DNA from: Squalus acanthias | Lineage: Eukaryota | Reading direction: 5' to 3' | DNA length: 64,000 bases | NCBI GenBank assembly: GCA_030390025.1 | Contig: CM059430.1 | Coordinates: 73,160,001 to 73,224,000 of the forward strand | In this document: in pieces, positions 13,916 to 25,622 of the stretch | How the letters are laid out: each line of letters starts with the position of its first letter | Numbering within the stretch: the first letter of the stretch is position 1 | The notes under the pieces: generated by a model | The model's input: the letters and a program-made list of their open reading frames with translations, nothing else | Told to the model about the DNA's origin: nothing | Databases searched by the model: none | Translations under genes and position numbers: made by a program

Positions 13916-14964
13916 TCCAACAGGTGACACTAGCTTTTTATGCCAGATTTATTTAAACAACTGAAATTTAAATTTCCTAGCTGTCAGGTGGAGATTTGAT
14001 CTCACCTTTCCTGGATTACCAGTCCAGTAACATAACCGCTGTGCTAACTTTCCCCTGAAATTATATAACCATGTATAGAATATTGTTTAAAGGATAGAAA
14101 ACAGGATGTAGCAATAAACGAATCATTTTCAGATTGGCAGGCTGTTACGATTGGGGTGCAACAGGATCAGTGCTGGGACCTCAGCTAGTTACAGTTTATA
14201 TTAATTACATTGATGAAGGGACCGAGTGTAACATATCCAACTTTGACAGTGCATAGCTAGGTGGGAAAGTAAACTGTAAAGATGACATAAAGATTCTGCA
14301 AAGGCATATAGACAGATCAGTGAGTGGGGGAAAAAGGTGGCAGATTGAGTATAATGTTGGGAAATGTGAGGTTATTCGCTTTGGTAGGTGTCATGAAAAA
14401 TATATATTTTTAAATGAAGTGAAATTATTAAATATTGGTGTTCAGAAGAAGCACAGAAAATTAACATGGAGATATACCAAGCAATTAGTAAGGCGAATGT
14501 TATGTTGGCTTTTATTGCAAGGGGTTGGAGTACAGCAGTAAGAAACTCTTGCTACAATTATACAGCACTTTGTTGAGACCACACCTGGAGTAATGTGTAC
14601 AGTTCTGGTCTCCATATCTAAGGAAGGATATACTTGCCCTAGGTGCAGGTGTAACGAAGGTTCACTAGATTGATTCGTGTGAAGAGAGATTTTTCCTATG
14701 AGCAGAGAATGAGCAGAATCGGCCTATACTTTCTGGAGTTTAGAAGAATGAGAGGTGATCTCATTGAAATATAAAAGCTGCTGAGAGGGCTTGATTCGGT
14801 AGATGCTGAAAGGCTACTTGCCTTGGCTGGAGTGCCGAGAACAAGAGGGCATAAACTCAGGATAAGGAGTTCGGCCATTTAGGACTGCGGTATCGAGAAG
14901 TGTCTTTACTCAGAAGATTGTAGATCTCTGGAATTTTCTAGCCAAGGCGTTGAGTACATTTTTA

Positions 14965-15275
14965 AAAATACTTCTCCAAAACCCGCGAGTTCTACCACCT
15001 TGAGCTGCAAAGGCTGCAGGTGCATGTGAACACCATTACCTCCATTTACCCCTCCAAGTCACATTCCTGACATGGACACATATCGCCATTCCTTCATTTT
15101 GTTGGGTCAAAAATCTGGAACTTCCTACCAAACATTATTATGTGAGTACCTTTGCCACACAGCCAGCAGCTGTTGAAGACCAAGGCTCATCACCACCTTC
15201 TGAAGGGTCACTAGTAGTGGGAAATAAATTATTGGCTCGCCAGCGATTTACACCTCACGAGAATGAATAAAATAA
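14965..15275 (+). mobile_element. Family B LINE 3' end
   Basis: Matches ~1190-1499 including the gaatgaataaaa tail. Confidence 0.75.
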
Positions 15276-16026
15276 TAACAAATATTATTAACTACCCAAC
15301 TGGGTTTTGCTATTCTACCTGATTTATCGACCTCCTATGAAAATGCAGAGACAAATGAAAAATCATAGTGGATTTCCTGGAGTATGGATAACAATTGCCC
15401 ACCGACTTCCTTTATCTAAAAAACGCCAGTACCTCATGAAGTAATTGTGATTGTTTTCTTTTAAAACGTAAAAATCACGTAACGCTATGTTGACTTGTTT
15501 GATGACTTTCTACTCTTCCAGATGTTTCACCAGACCGTTTATCTATATGGCCACTAACACGTTTCCAGTACAAATGAGGGAATTACTGGCCTCTGCTTTT
15601 TGACATCGTCCATTCAGCCTTTTATAAATTTAGACATAATGTTCCCTTTTTTTCCAATCCGTTGTAAGATCTTATTGATCTCTCAGCATTCTTGGACAAG
15701 ACACGGATAGGCAGCAGTCAGTATTTTTGAAAAAGAGATCAAGATTTATTAAGCTTACAGCGTAATATACTTAACAATAGGCGATACTTTTAACGAATAG
15801 CTCGCAGCCCTTGTTCTCTGGAACCTCTCGGACATAGATGACGCCGTCTTAAGTCTGTTCATTTGTTCTCGCAGTAAGTCTGTGTGAAGTTATTCTTTGA
15901 GTATCAAGGTTTTAACTCATTTATTATCAAAAGTTCGTTTGGCCAGTGTCCATATATGATCTTTAACAAAATCAACTTTTTTAATTGGTTCCAATGGTAA
16001 AAATACCATTGAACTCGGACTAAGGT

Positions 16027-17256
16027 TAGAACATAAGAACATAAGAAATAGGAGCAGGAGTAGGCCAATCGGTCCCTCGAGCCTGCTCCGCCATTCAATA
16101 AGATCATGGCTGATCTGATCCTAACCGCCAATCTATTATCTATCACAGAACCATCTCCTGCATCTAACAGAATTGCACACACGAAATAGGAGCAGAATCA
16201 GGCTACACAGTCCCTGGGCCCGCTCCACTACCCACAGGGCCATGACCGATCCGAACCTAGACTCATGTCCAAATTCCTGCCCGCTCCCCGTAACCCTTAA
16301 TGCCCTTTACTTCTAGGAAACTGTCTATTTCTGTTTTAAATTTAATTAATGTTGTAGCTTCTACAGCTTTTTGTGGCAGCATATTCCATGGACCTACCAC
16401 CCTCTGAGTGAAGTAGTTCCTCCTCATCTCAGTTTTGAAAGAGCAGCCCCTTATTCTAAGACTATGTCCCCTAGTTCTCGTCTCACCCGTCATCGGGAAC
16501 ATCCTCCCCGCATCCACCCGATCCAACCCCTTCACAATCTTATATGTTTCAATAAGATCGCCTCTCATTCTTCTGAACTCCAATGAGTAGAGTCCCAATC
16601 TACCCAACCTCTCCTCATATGATCACCCCCTCATCCCCGGGATTAACCGAGTGAACCTTTTTTGCACTGCCTCGAGAGCAAGGATGTCTTTCCTTAAGTA
16701 AGGACACCAAAACTGTATGCAGTATTCTAGGTGCGGTCTCACCAATACCTTGTACAACTGAAGCAATACCTCCCTATTTTTATATTCTATCCCCCTAGCA
16801 ATGAAAGCCAACATTCCATTTGCCTTCTTAATCACTTGCTGCACCTGCATACTAACCTTTTGAGTTTCGTGCACCAGGACCCCCAGATCCCTTTGCACTT
16901 CAGTACTCTCCAGTTTCTTGCCATTAAGATAATAAATTGCTCTAGGATTTTTCCTGCCAAAGTGCATCACCTCACACTTTCCAGTGTTGTATTCCATCTG
17001 CCAAATCTCTGCCCACTTACTTAGCCTGTCTATGTCCCCTTGCAGGTTTTTTATGTCCTCCTCATTCACTACTTTCCCTCCCATCTTTGTATCATCTTCA
17101 AATTTTGATATGTTACACTTGGTCCCTTCCTCCAAATCGTTAATATAGATTGTGAAGAGTTGGGGACCCAGCACTGACCCCTGTGGAACACCACTAGTTA
17201 CTGATTGCCAGTCTGAGAATGAACCATTTATCCCAACTCTTTGCTTTCTGTTAGCA
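16027..17256 (-). mobile_element. CR1 LINE 3' region, relatively young, plus a second short CR1 tail
   Basis: 221-aa open RT frame at 16623-17288; (aagaacat)n tail. Confidence 0.9.
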
Positions 17257-19530
17257 TCTGGCCACTCCCTTTTCCAGTACTTTTCCACTAACTCTGTCCT
17301 GCTCTCCTGTTATCTTGTTTGTATATTTTCACCCCATTGGAATTCACTTTATCTCTTTCATTCCTAGCCTCCCTGGGACAAGGCCTTTCTGCACCAAGGG
17401 CCCAGCCCATGTCAGCGCTGTTTAACTAGTCTTGACGGTGTCAAGACTATCTCACTTCAATCTACCAGATGGACACCTTAACTCTATGATCTCTCTCATT
17501 TTATGTCCTTATACTAATTATCGTTCAATATCTTTGCAATTAGTTTTGTTAAGCGAACTCTAATTTCTACTTAGCGATAGGATATTTCATTTATCAATTT
17601 AACCTTCAACGCAGCCTATGGTTCTTTGTTATCAAAGATTAGTCAAAACAGCTTTTGTCTCTCCTTGCAGCTGCATTCTGAAAAAGTATTAGCATTTCAT
17701 TTAACCAGAAGTAATAATGGGTAATATTAGTTGGTCAAAGGCTACATATGAATTTATACACATATGATTCACGTCTACTAAGTATCTCTAAATATCAGCC
17801 TTTCGTACACCGTGAAACAACTCCCAGTTCTACGGATTAATTGAACATGCCCGCCAAAAATAACAACTTTCGTCCATTGGCATATTACAATAGAGGGGGT
17901 TGGGTTTGCTATTGTACAGCCTTTTTCGATTCTGTTACTTACTGTTCAATACTTGCTTAAGATTTTTTAAAAATAATCCCTATTTTGCCGAACATTAATT
18001 CTCACTTCAACAGCCAACGCTGACTCCATTTGCTGTTTTCCAAAGGCAGACTACATCCTTGTTTTTTTTTCCTATCCTTATGTGCTCATAGAATCATTTT
18101 ATATTTCGATTTTATATTGCCTAGAATCCTTTACTCATTTTAGTTTTAGCTCGCCGAACCATTTTTAACCCCCTACCTTTTAGATATAACCCATTAACCC
18201 ATTCTCTCTAACACCTATTGATCTGTCACTGAGGCGCAGCCTTTTGTATCTGTTACTTGCATTACCAACAGTAGCACAATTTTCTTCAGTAATATCATTA
18301 GTTAAGACAGACCTAAGGGGATACTTGTCTTTCTGGTAAGGAGCTGCTGAATGTTAATTCAAAGCCGGCGACTTTTCTAGATGCTCTTTCGCATGTGTCC
18401 ACTAGGAAATCCCCCCGCACTCCCCCCCACCCCCCACCCCCCCCGCCACCGCCCCCCACCCCCGCCCACACCATCCCACAAGAACATTTTCCGCGTTGGA
18501 CATTTTGTCCTGTACAAAAGCAAAATAGTAATTGTAGGATAACAAATAGACTGACGAAGTCGCTTTATTGCATCAGCGAGAAAGGATGATAATTTATCGA
18601 TAGCTGTTTTACGATATTCAAGTGTATTTGCAGTACTTTGTCTTTGCGTAATGCAAACGTTTCCCTTCTATGTGATCCTGTTAGCAAATTATGGCACTTT
18701 CCCACACGGATTTCACAAAGTACAGAGTATAATTAATCATTAGGCTCGTGATATTATTTTTAAATGTCCATAAATTAAATTAAAATAAAGGGAATGCATA
18801 TCACCCCTTTATAATTATGTCGTAATTTGTAATTACAGAGCTGGACAAAGGGGAAGGTAAAATTCCTTTACTACGATGTAGATTTGGAGCAGGGTGAGCG
18901 ATTATATATACAGAGTGGTCTACATATTGATAAACTTTCGAAGCAGACTTCGAAATTGAACCAATCATGGTTTTCTTTAAGAAACTTGTTTTTTGCAACA
19001 AGCCAAGGTGTTAACAAACATGTTGCACAATAGTTTCCTTCAATGTAATGCTCTGTGAAATTATGTAGCATTCTTGACCGGAAGCTTGTTACACAGATAA
19101 AAGGAAAGAAAAACCTGATGTTGAGACGCAAATAGTTTAAGACCCCTCGATATGCATGATGCAAATATGATCTCATGTTTCTTATTTAATCACTATTATT
19201 CATTTGCACTATTGTTACTTTAGGGAATTGCTAGGAAATATTATCGAATTAGTTCAACGTGAAGCAGTTTGTAAATTATACAGATGATTTCATTTCTGGT
19301 GAAACAAAGAGAAAAATGGAAATCTCACGATTGCATCTTGTGTTCAACTCCCGATTCAATGGCGACATGTTTACTATTCTCAGCCTTATATTTTGTGTGA
19401 AAGCTATCTTCCTTCTCAAATAATGGATCGCATGATAAAATGTAATAAAATCAGCATTTTCGAAATAAAGGCCCGCAATTTGCGCTGGGTAACAACGGCG
19501 AACTAATTGCGTTGGCCGTTATTACTGCAC

Positions 19531-19965
19531 TGGGGTATCAGCTGTGGCTCAGTTGGTTGCACACTCGCCACGAGAGTCATGAAGGTTGTGGCTTCAAGTC
19601 CCACTCCAGGGACTTGAACACATAAATCTAAGCTGACAGTGCAGTGCCAATGGAGTGCTGCGCTCTCGAAGGTGCCGTCTTTCGGATGAAACGTTAAACC
19701 GAGGCCCCGTCTGCCTTCTCAAGTTGCGGTAAAAGATCCCATGGCACTATTTCGAAGTAGAGTATGGAGTTATACCCATTGACCTAGCTAGTATTTATCC
19801 CTCAATCAAAATAACAAAAAGAGTTCATCGGGTCATTATCACATTGCTGTTTTTAAGGGCTTGCTGTGCGCAAATTGGCTGCCGCATGTCCCACATTACA
19901 ACAGTGACTGCACTCCAAAAGTACTTAATTGGCTGTAAAACGCTTTGAGACGTCCGGTGGTCGTC
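19531..19965 (+). mobile_element. tRNA-derived Deu-domain SINE (SacSINE1-like), inserted in a MITE remnant starting at 19470
   Basis: A box tggctcagttgg, B box gcttcaagtccc, Deu core ggtgccgtctttcggatgaaacgttaaaccgaggccccgtc. Confidence 0.8.
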
Positions 19966-21724
19966 ATTCTTTAATTTACCGCTCTGAAACTGACCGAAAG
20001 TTCAAGATTTAGATCATGCGCATCTAAACGCGTTAATCCTGAAGTTGCGTTCCATCATTCACTGCTCCGACACTGACTGCGCTGTGGTCTACACCCACCC
20101 CAACCCCACTCCCACAGCCAGCAATCAGTTAATTCAGTGAAACTGACGAAAACTAAGGCTTTTCCACGGTAATATCGCTGTTAATTACCCCATTAAACAT
20201 TAAGCCCAGTTGGAATAGTTGTACCTGGAGTTTTAATAGCGTATTCACTGCTAAACAAACCTTATGGCCCTGGACAGCTATTTTTTTATAATTGTGGAGT
20301 GTCAAATGTCTCCATTATGTTAAAAATTACAATTTTACAGAATTATTTTAAAAATGTTTTTTCATGCTATTTCAGGTTCTGCCTTATCTCCATATGAGAG
20401 TACCAATCAAATTTTTGCTCTCTGTAACATTTATCTTACGTCTGCAAATAAGCAGTTTTCTTCGGGGCCAGCGGTGAGCGCCTTTGCTTCCCGACTGAAC
20501 GCAAGTTCCGGTTCAAAAGATATTCGTTTTATAAAAATAAATATGCATCTTTTGTCATTTTTCCGTGCTATATAAATGTATATTTTGAGATGAATGCTAA
20601 AAACTAGAGTTGGAGGAACTCGCAAAATTAAGGTAATTGTAAAAATATTCATATTTAAATTACAAATTTACTTTCCTCACAGTCTAAGTAGCGAAAATAA
20701 TCGCCGGAATTTCCGGGGCTGTCCCGGATCAGTAGTCGTGCCTTTGGTATCAACGAACCATATGCCAATCTTCCACCGAAGTCACGAAATCCGAGCGGGA
20801 GAACCTCTTCAGAAATTCTAGCGGAAGCTCAGTGCAGTAAAATCAGTAAGCGACAGCATTTGTTTTCTTTCAATTATGGTATTCAGCGCTGAATGCAGCG
20901 AAATATGAAAAGTTTTTGTAACTTGAAGTTCAATGTTTTTGTAACATCATATTTATTTAATAATCCACCATATGTCGCTGGTTTTTAAATTCATGGGGAA
21001 AGGTATTTCCTGATTTTTCGTTTTTGAAATAGTGCTTAAAGAAGGCTGAGTATTGAAGATTTCATAATCTGGTGGAAACATTCGCAGTTCACTGCTGCGC
21101 CCAATCCAAGTCACGCTGAGGCAAACACCGACCCGTTTCTGAGAAGAGTTCAAAGCCTGCTTGCAAAATGTCAAATTGCCATAGAAAGACAACATATAAC
21201 AGAACATTTTAACTCAGATTAACCACTTCAGGAGTTTCATTCAAATATTTCCAAACTTTGAAAAAGATCTGACCTATCCAGTGATGGCATAAGACACGTA
21301 TAACTTCACATTATTTGCAGAATGTTAGAATTGGATCTAAGCAATGTCCGTGCTGGTTCAGAAAGGACGTTAGGTAGAGCATCTCAGTAAGTTTTTGATA
21401 AAAATTATATGTAAGATGTTTATAAATATGTATATAATAATATCTATTTATATAACGCGTTCTACTGGTATCATCGACAGTTAATGATTATTGCGGAGTT
21501 TGTGGTTAATATATACAATTTCATAGAATACCATGAGTAACTCTACCTGACTCTTACATCGGGAGTTATTGAATGGGTTAGCAGAGTGACATCTGTTAGC
21601 TCGGTCGGTAAACGGAGCATGGCATACACATAGAAATAATAAAAATATCAAACAGCAATAATTTAATAGCGTTTACAGAGAGAGCGAGTGCGCGAGAGAG
21701 AAAAAAGGTAGGGACAGAGACAAA

Positions 21725-21904
21725 NNNNNNNNNNNNNNNNNNNNNNNNNNNNNNNNNNNNNNNNNNNNNNNNNNNNNNNNNNNNNNNNNNNNNNNNNNNN
21801 NNNNNNNNNNNNNNNNNNNNNNNNNNNNNNNNNNNNNNNNNNNNNNNNNNNNNNNNNNNNNNNNNNNNNNNNNNNNNNNNNNNNNNNNNNNNNNNNNNNN
21901 NNNN
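21725..21904. other. Assembly gap (N)
   Basis: Run of N. Confidence 1.
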
Positions 21905-21919
21905 ATAACAATTCAATTT

Positions 21920-23520
21920 ATTGCTGCACAGCACTGTTGAGAATGTTATATATGCCACAGGTGGGAATACCCTGTACACTACTGTTGTCAATGCCGTGCA
22001 CACAACTATCGTGAATGTCCTTACACCATTGTTGACCATGTCCTGAGCACCACTTTTGATATTATCCTGTAAGTAACATCTGAGAATGTCCTTTACACCA
22101 ATGTCGACAATATCCTATACAACATTGTTGACAATGTCCTGTACAACATATTTCAGCATGTCCTAAAAATTGCAGTTGGGAACAGTAACATAGGAAGAAG
22201 AATAGGCTATTCAGCCCCTCGAGCCTGTTCCGCCATTCAATGAGATCATGGCTGATCTGCGATCTAACTCCATTAAACCCGCCTTTGGTCCACATCTCTT
22301 AATAACTTTGGTTAACAAAAAGCTATCAATCACCGATTTTAAATTAACATTTGATCTAGCATCAAATGCTCTTTGCGGAAGAGAGTCCCAACCTTCTACC
22401 ATCCTTTGTGTGTAGAAGTGTTTCCTAATTTCACTCCTGAAAGGTCTGGCTCTAAATTTTAGACTGAGCCTCCTAGTTCTAGAATCTCCAAACAGCGGAA
22501 ATAGTTTATCTCTACCTATCCTATTTGTTCCCTTTAATATCCTGAAAACTTCGATCAGAAAACCCCTTAACCTTCTAAATTACAGGGAATACAATCCTAT
22601 TTTGTGTAATCTGATCTCGTAACTTAATCCCTAAATTCCGGGTAAATTTTGGTAAATTTACGCTGCACCCCCTCCGAGGCCAATATATCGTTCCTAAGGT
22701 GTGGTGTCCAGAACTGCTCACAGTACTCCAGGTGTGGTCTAACCAGGGTTTTGTATAGCTGCAGCATAACTTCTACCCTCTTGTACTCTAGTTCTCTAGA
22801 TATAAAGGCAAGCATTGCATTAGCATTTTTGATTATTTTCTGCACCAGTTCATGACATTTTAATGATCTATGTACTTGAACCCCCAAATCTCTTCGGACA
22901 TCCACTGTTTTTAGCTTTTCACCATTTAGAAAGTACCCTGTTCTGTCCTTTTTAGGTCCAAAATGGATGACCTCACAATTGTGTAAATTGAAATCCATTT
23001 ACCACAATTTTGCCCAATCACTTAATCTATCAATATCCCTTCATAATTTTATGCTATCATCTGCACTGTCTACAATGCCGCCTATCTTTGTGTCATCAGC
23101 AAATTTGGATATATGACTTTTTGTGCCATCATCCAAGTCGTTGAAAAATACTGTGAATTGTTGAGGCCCCGATACAGAACTCTGCGGGACACACAGATCC
23201 CTGCAGGACATTCAGATCCCTGCGGGAATCTTCTGTACACTGCTGATGAGAATGCCCTGTATACCACTGCTGTCAATATTAAGTAAGCCACCGTTGTGAA
23301 TGTTTTGTACATCAGTGCTGACAATGTTCTGAACACCGTTGTTGAGAATGTTCTATATATCATTTTTGAGGATGTTCTGTACACCATTGTTGAGAGTGTT
23401 ATTTGCACGATTTTTTACAATGCTATGTCCACTATTTTAACAATAGTCTGTACACCATTGTTGAAAATATAATTTCCAAAATTGTTGGAAATATGCTGTT
23501 TACCTATGTAGAGCAATAGC
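21920..23520. repeat. Degenerate ~24-bp minisatellite (tgtacaccattgttgagaatgtcc) interrupted by a CR1
   Basis: Units at ~21920-22160 and ~23230-23520. Confidence 0.75.
22187..23200 (-). mobile_element. CR1 LINE 3' fragment
   Basis: LQLYKTLVRPHLEYCEQFW; CR1 3' hairpin and tail. Confidence 0.9.
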
Positions 23521-25567
23521 CCTATATAAAAAACACTAAAAAACAGGAAAAAAAAACAAACCTTAGCTCATGCAGAATAGTTTATACACAAGTAAGATAC
23601 CTGTAATACCAAAGGGCCGTAAAACGTTGATTTCATTTTAGTATAAGTTTCTTTGCACCGAAATTTTCTGTCCTTTCGGTAAATTGAAAAAAAGTCCAGA
23701 AGTAATGTAAAATTTGTAAAGTATTTTAAAATACTTTATTTCTACGTTGGTAACACATGGACCAAATTGGCATTCTTCCTAAGTGTGGTGCCAATAATTT
23801 TACACAATACTCCAAATGAGGCCTAAACAGTGACTTATAAAGGATTAGTAACATTTCCCTGTTCGGGTATGCTATGGCTCTATTTACATTGTCAAGGATC
23901 CAGCATGCTTTCTTTGCAAGAGGTCGCATCTCACCCAACAGGCGCAATATGGAAGCACCTTAATAGTTTTTTTCAAACACTGCTACCTCCAATTAAATGC
24001 ACATTTCATTTTACTGACCTTTTCTGGAGATGCGCTACAAATAAAAACTTTTCACCAACGACTTCTGCAGTAACATTGGCAGAATCCTCTGTGACATAAT
24101 CTTAGCTCATTTTCTTCTCAGGATACCGTTGCTAAAGGACTTTATTATCTAATCGTTAATAAAACCACTACAATTTAAAAAGTAAATAAAAGTTTTGATC
24201 GTAACATAATGGAAACACTTTTCTGTAGCGCTCGCATCCGCAGAGACCTACTGGAATAATCACTTATATGTCATGTTTCCATCTGCTTGCTTTACCTTAT
24301 GCTTTAGTTTCGGTTGGACTTCTATTATATGGTTGATCGCAAACCCATATCTGGGATGTGTGAATCGAAGCCACAAAGAATAGATTTGTAAAGCAGGCTG
24401 CGAATAGTTTATACCGACCAGGAGAGAGCTTTGTGCGTGTGTCCTCATGTAATTGTGAAGAGACCCACTCCACCAAAGATACGAGCAGGGAACTGTGGCA
24501 GTGAATCCTGTCGTATAACGTTAAGAGGTATGAATGCCAAATAAATGAAGTAAGCCACTTAACACCTCATAATAGCAGATACAATAACGTCATACTAACA
24601 TCTGGATGCTTATATTTCCTACTAAATTTCCCCCCGTAACTTTATTAAGTTACCAGGTCTTGTTGAGATGTGCGATATGTATTGCTGGACCTATGTTCCA
24701 GGAAGAAGAGGTTTGGCACTTTTTGCAATCATTGTTAATGACGGACGTGACTCCGAATTATATTGTGAATTTGACATTGATGCGCACTTGAAGTTGTTAC
24801 CTTACAGTGTTTACTACATTAGCAATTTACTACCGTCTACATTTGGCACTCACATCTGTAAAAGTAATTTGAAAAAAAATTACACTTCTGCATGTTCATT
24901 GAAACACCTTTTGCATACTCTCTATATCGTTAGCAAATTGAAGTATGAACCTATTGTTGGAATTGTTATTTTGCTCAACAATCTATCAAACCACGTTATC
25001 ATTTCCAAACTATATTTTCCGCGATGAATTAGCATGAGAATAAAATCTTATTTAAATTTAAGTGCTCCTCGTAAATCAACAATGGGTGCAACGAACTTTC
25101 GGATTCGTCAGCAATAATTAATCATTTAAAATTATTAATTTGAAGTGATTAAAATAATCTACATCCTCTGGCACTCACGTTTCTAAAAGGGATGCGAAAA
25201 TAATTTTGAACCTCTATAGAATTATTGCATGTGCCTTAAAAATAAATCTCCTACAATAATAGCTAAGCTCGTTCATGCAATTGTGGGCGCCGGTGAAGAA
25301 CTGAGTCATCATGGGCATTTTTAGTCCTGCACATCTTCTAATCTGCCCCAGTCCTTGTTATAGATGGATCAGTTCTAGACATTTATTTCTTCCAAAAACA
25401 ACGACCGTAGATCTCACTCAGGAGTAAGTGGAATTCTGAAAGGGGCGTTGATCGAAATATGTAACGTTCACGTCATAGGTACTTAGCAAAGTATAACGCC
25501 CACCATTTCAATTTTACTCACATGTTCAGCAATTCCGTTCTCATTTTCCAAAAGTCATCTTGCCGAT

Positions 25568-25622
25568 ATGGTTGTGGGTGATGTGCTGCGTCGCATGTTC
25601 ATCATGAGCATTGTTTCTCCAG
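25568..25622 (+). CDS. Gene A exon 1, leader ([18 protein letters not shown])
   Basis: ATG at 25568, 55 nt, donor CAG|GTAAAA in phase 1. Completes a plausible signal peptide with VFLGTSA from exon 2. Confidence 0.75.

Larger units (their letters stand above)
7880..14960 (+). mobile_element. Old CR1 LINE split in three pieces (~7880-8290, ~9660-10384, ~14065-14960) by nested insertions
   Basis: CR1 sequence resumes in register after each insertion. Confidence 0.7.

Noticed and set aside
19531-19610. tRNA gene
   Set aside because: The A/B boxes belong to a SINE head continuing into Deu-domain and tail sequence.
21920-23520. CRISPR-like array
   Set aside because: Eukaryotic context; degenerate tandem units without spacers; no cas genes.
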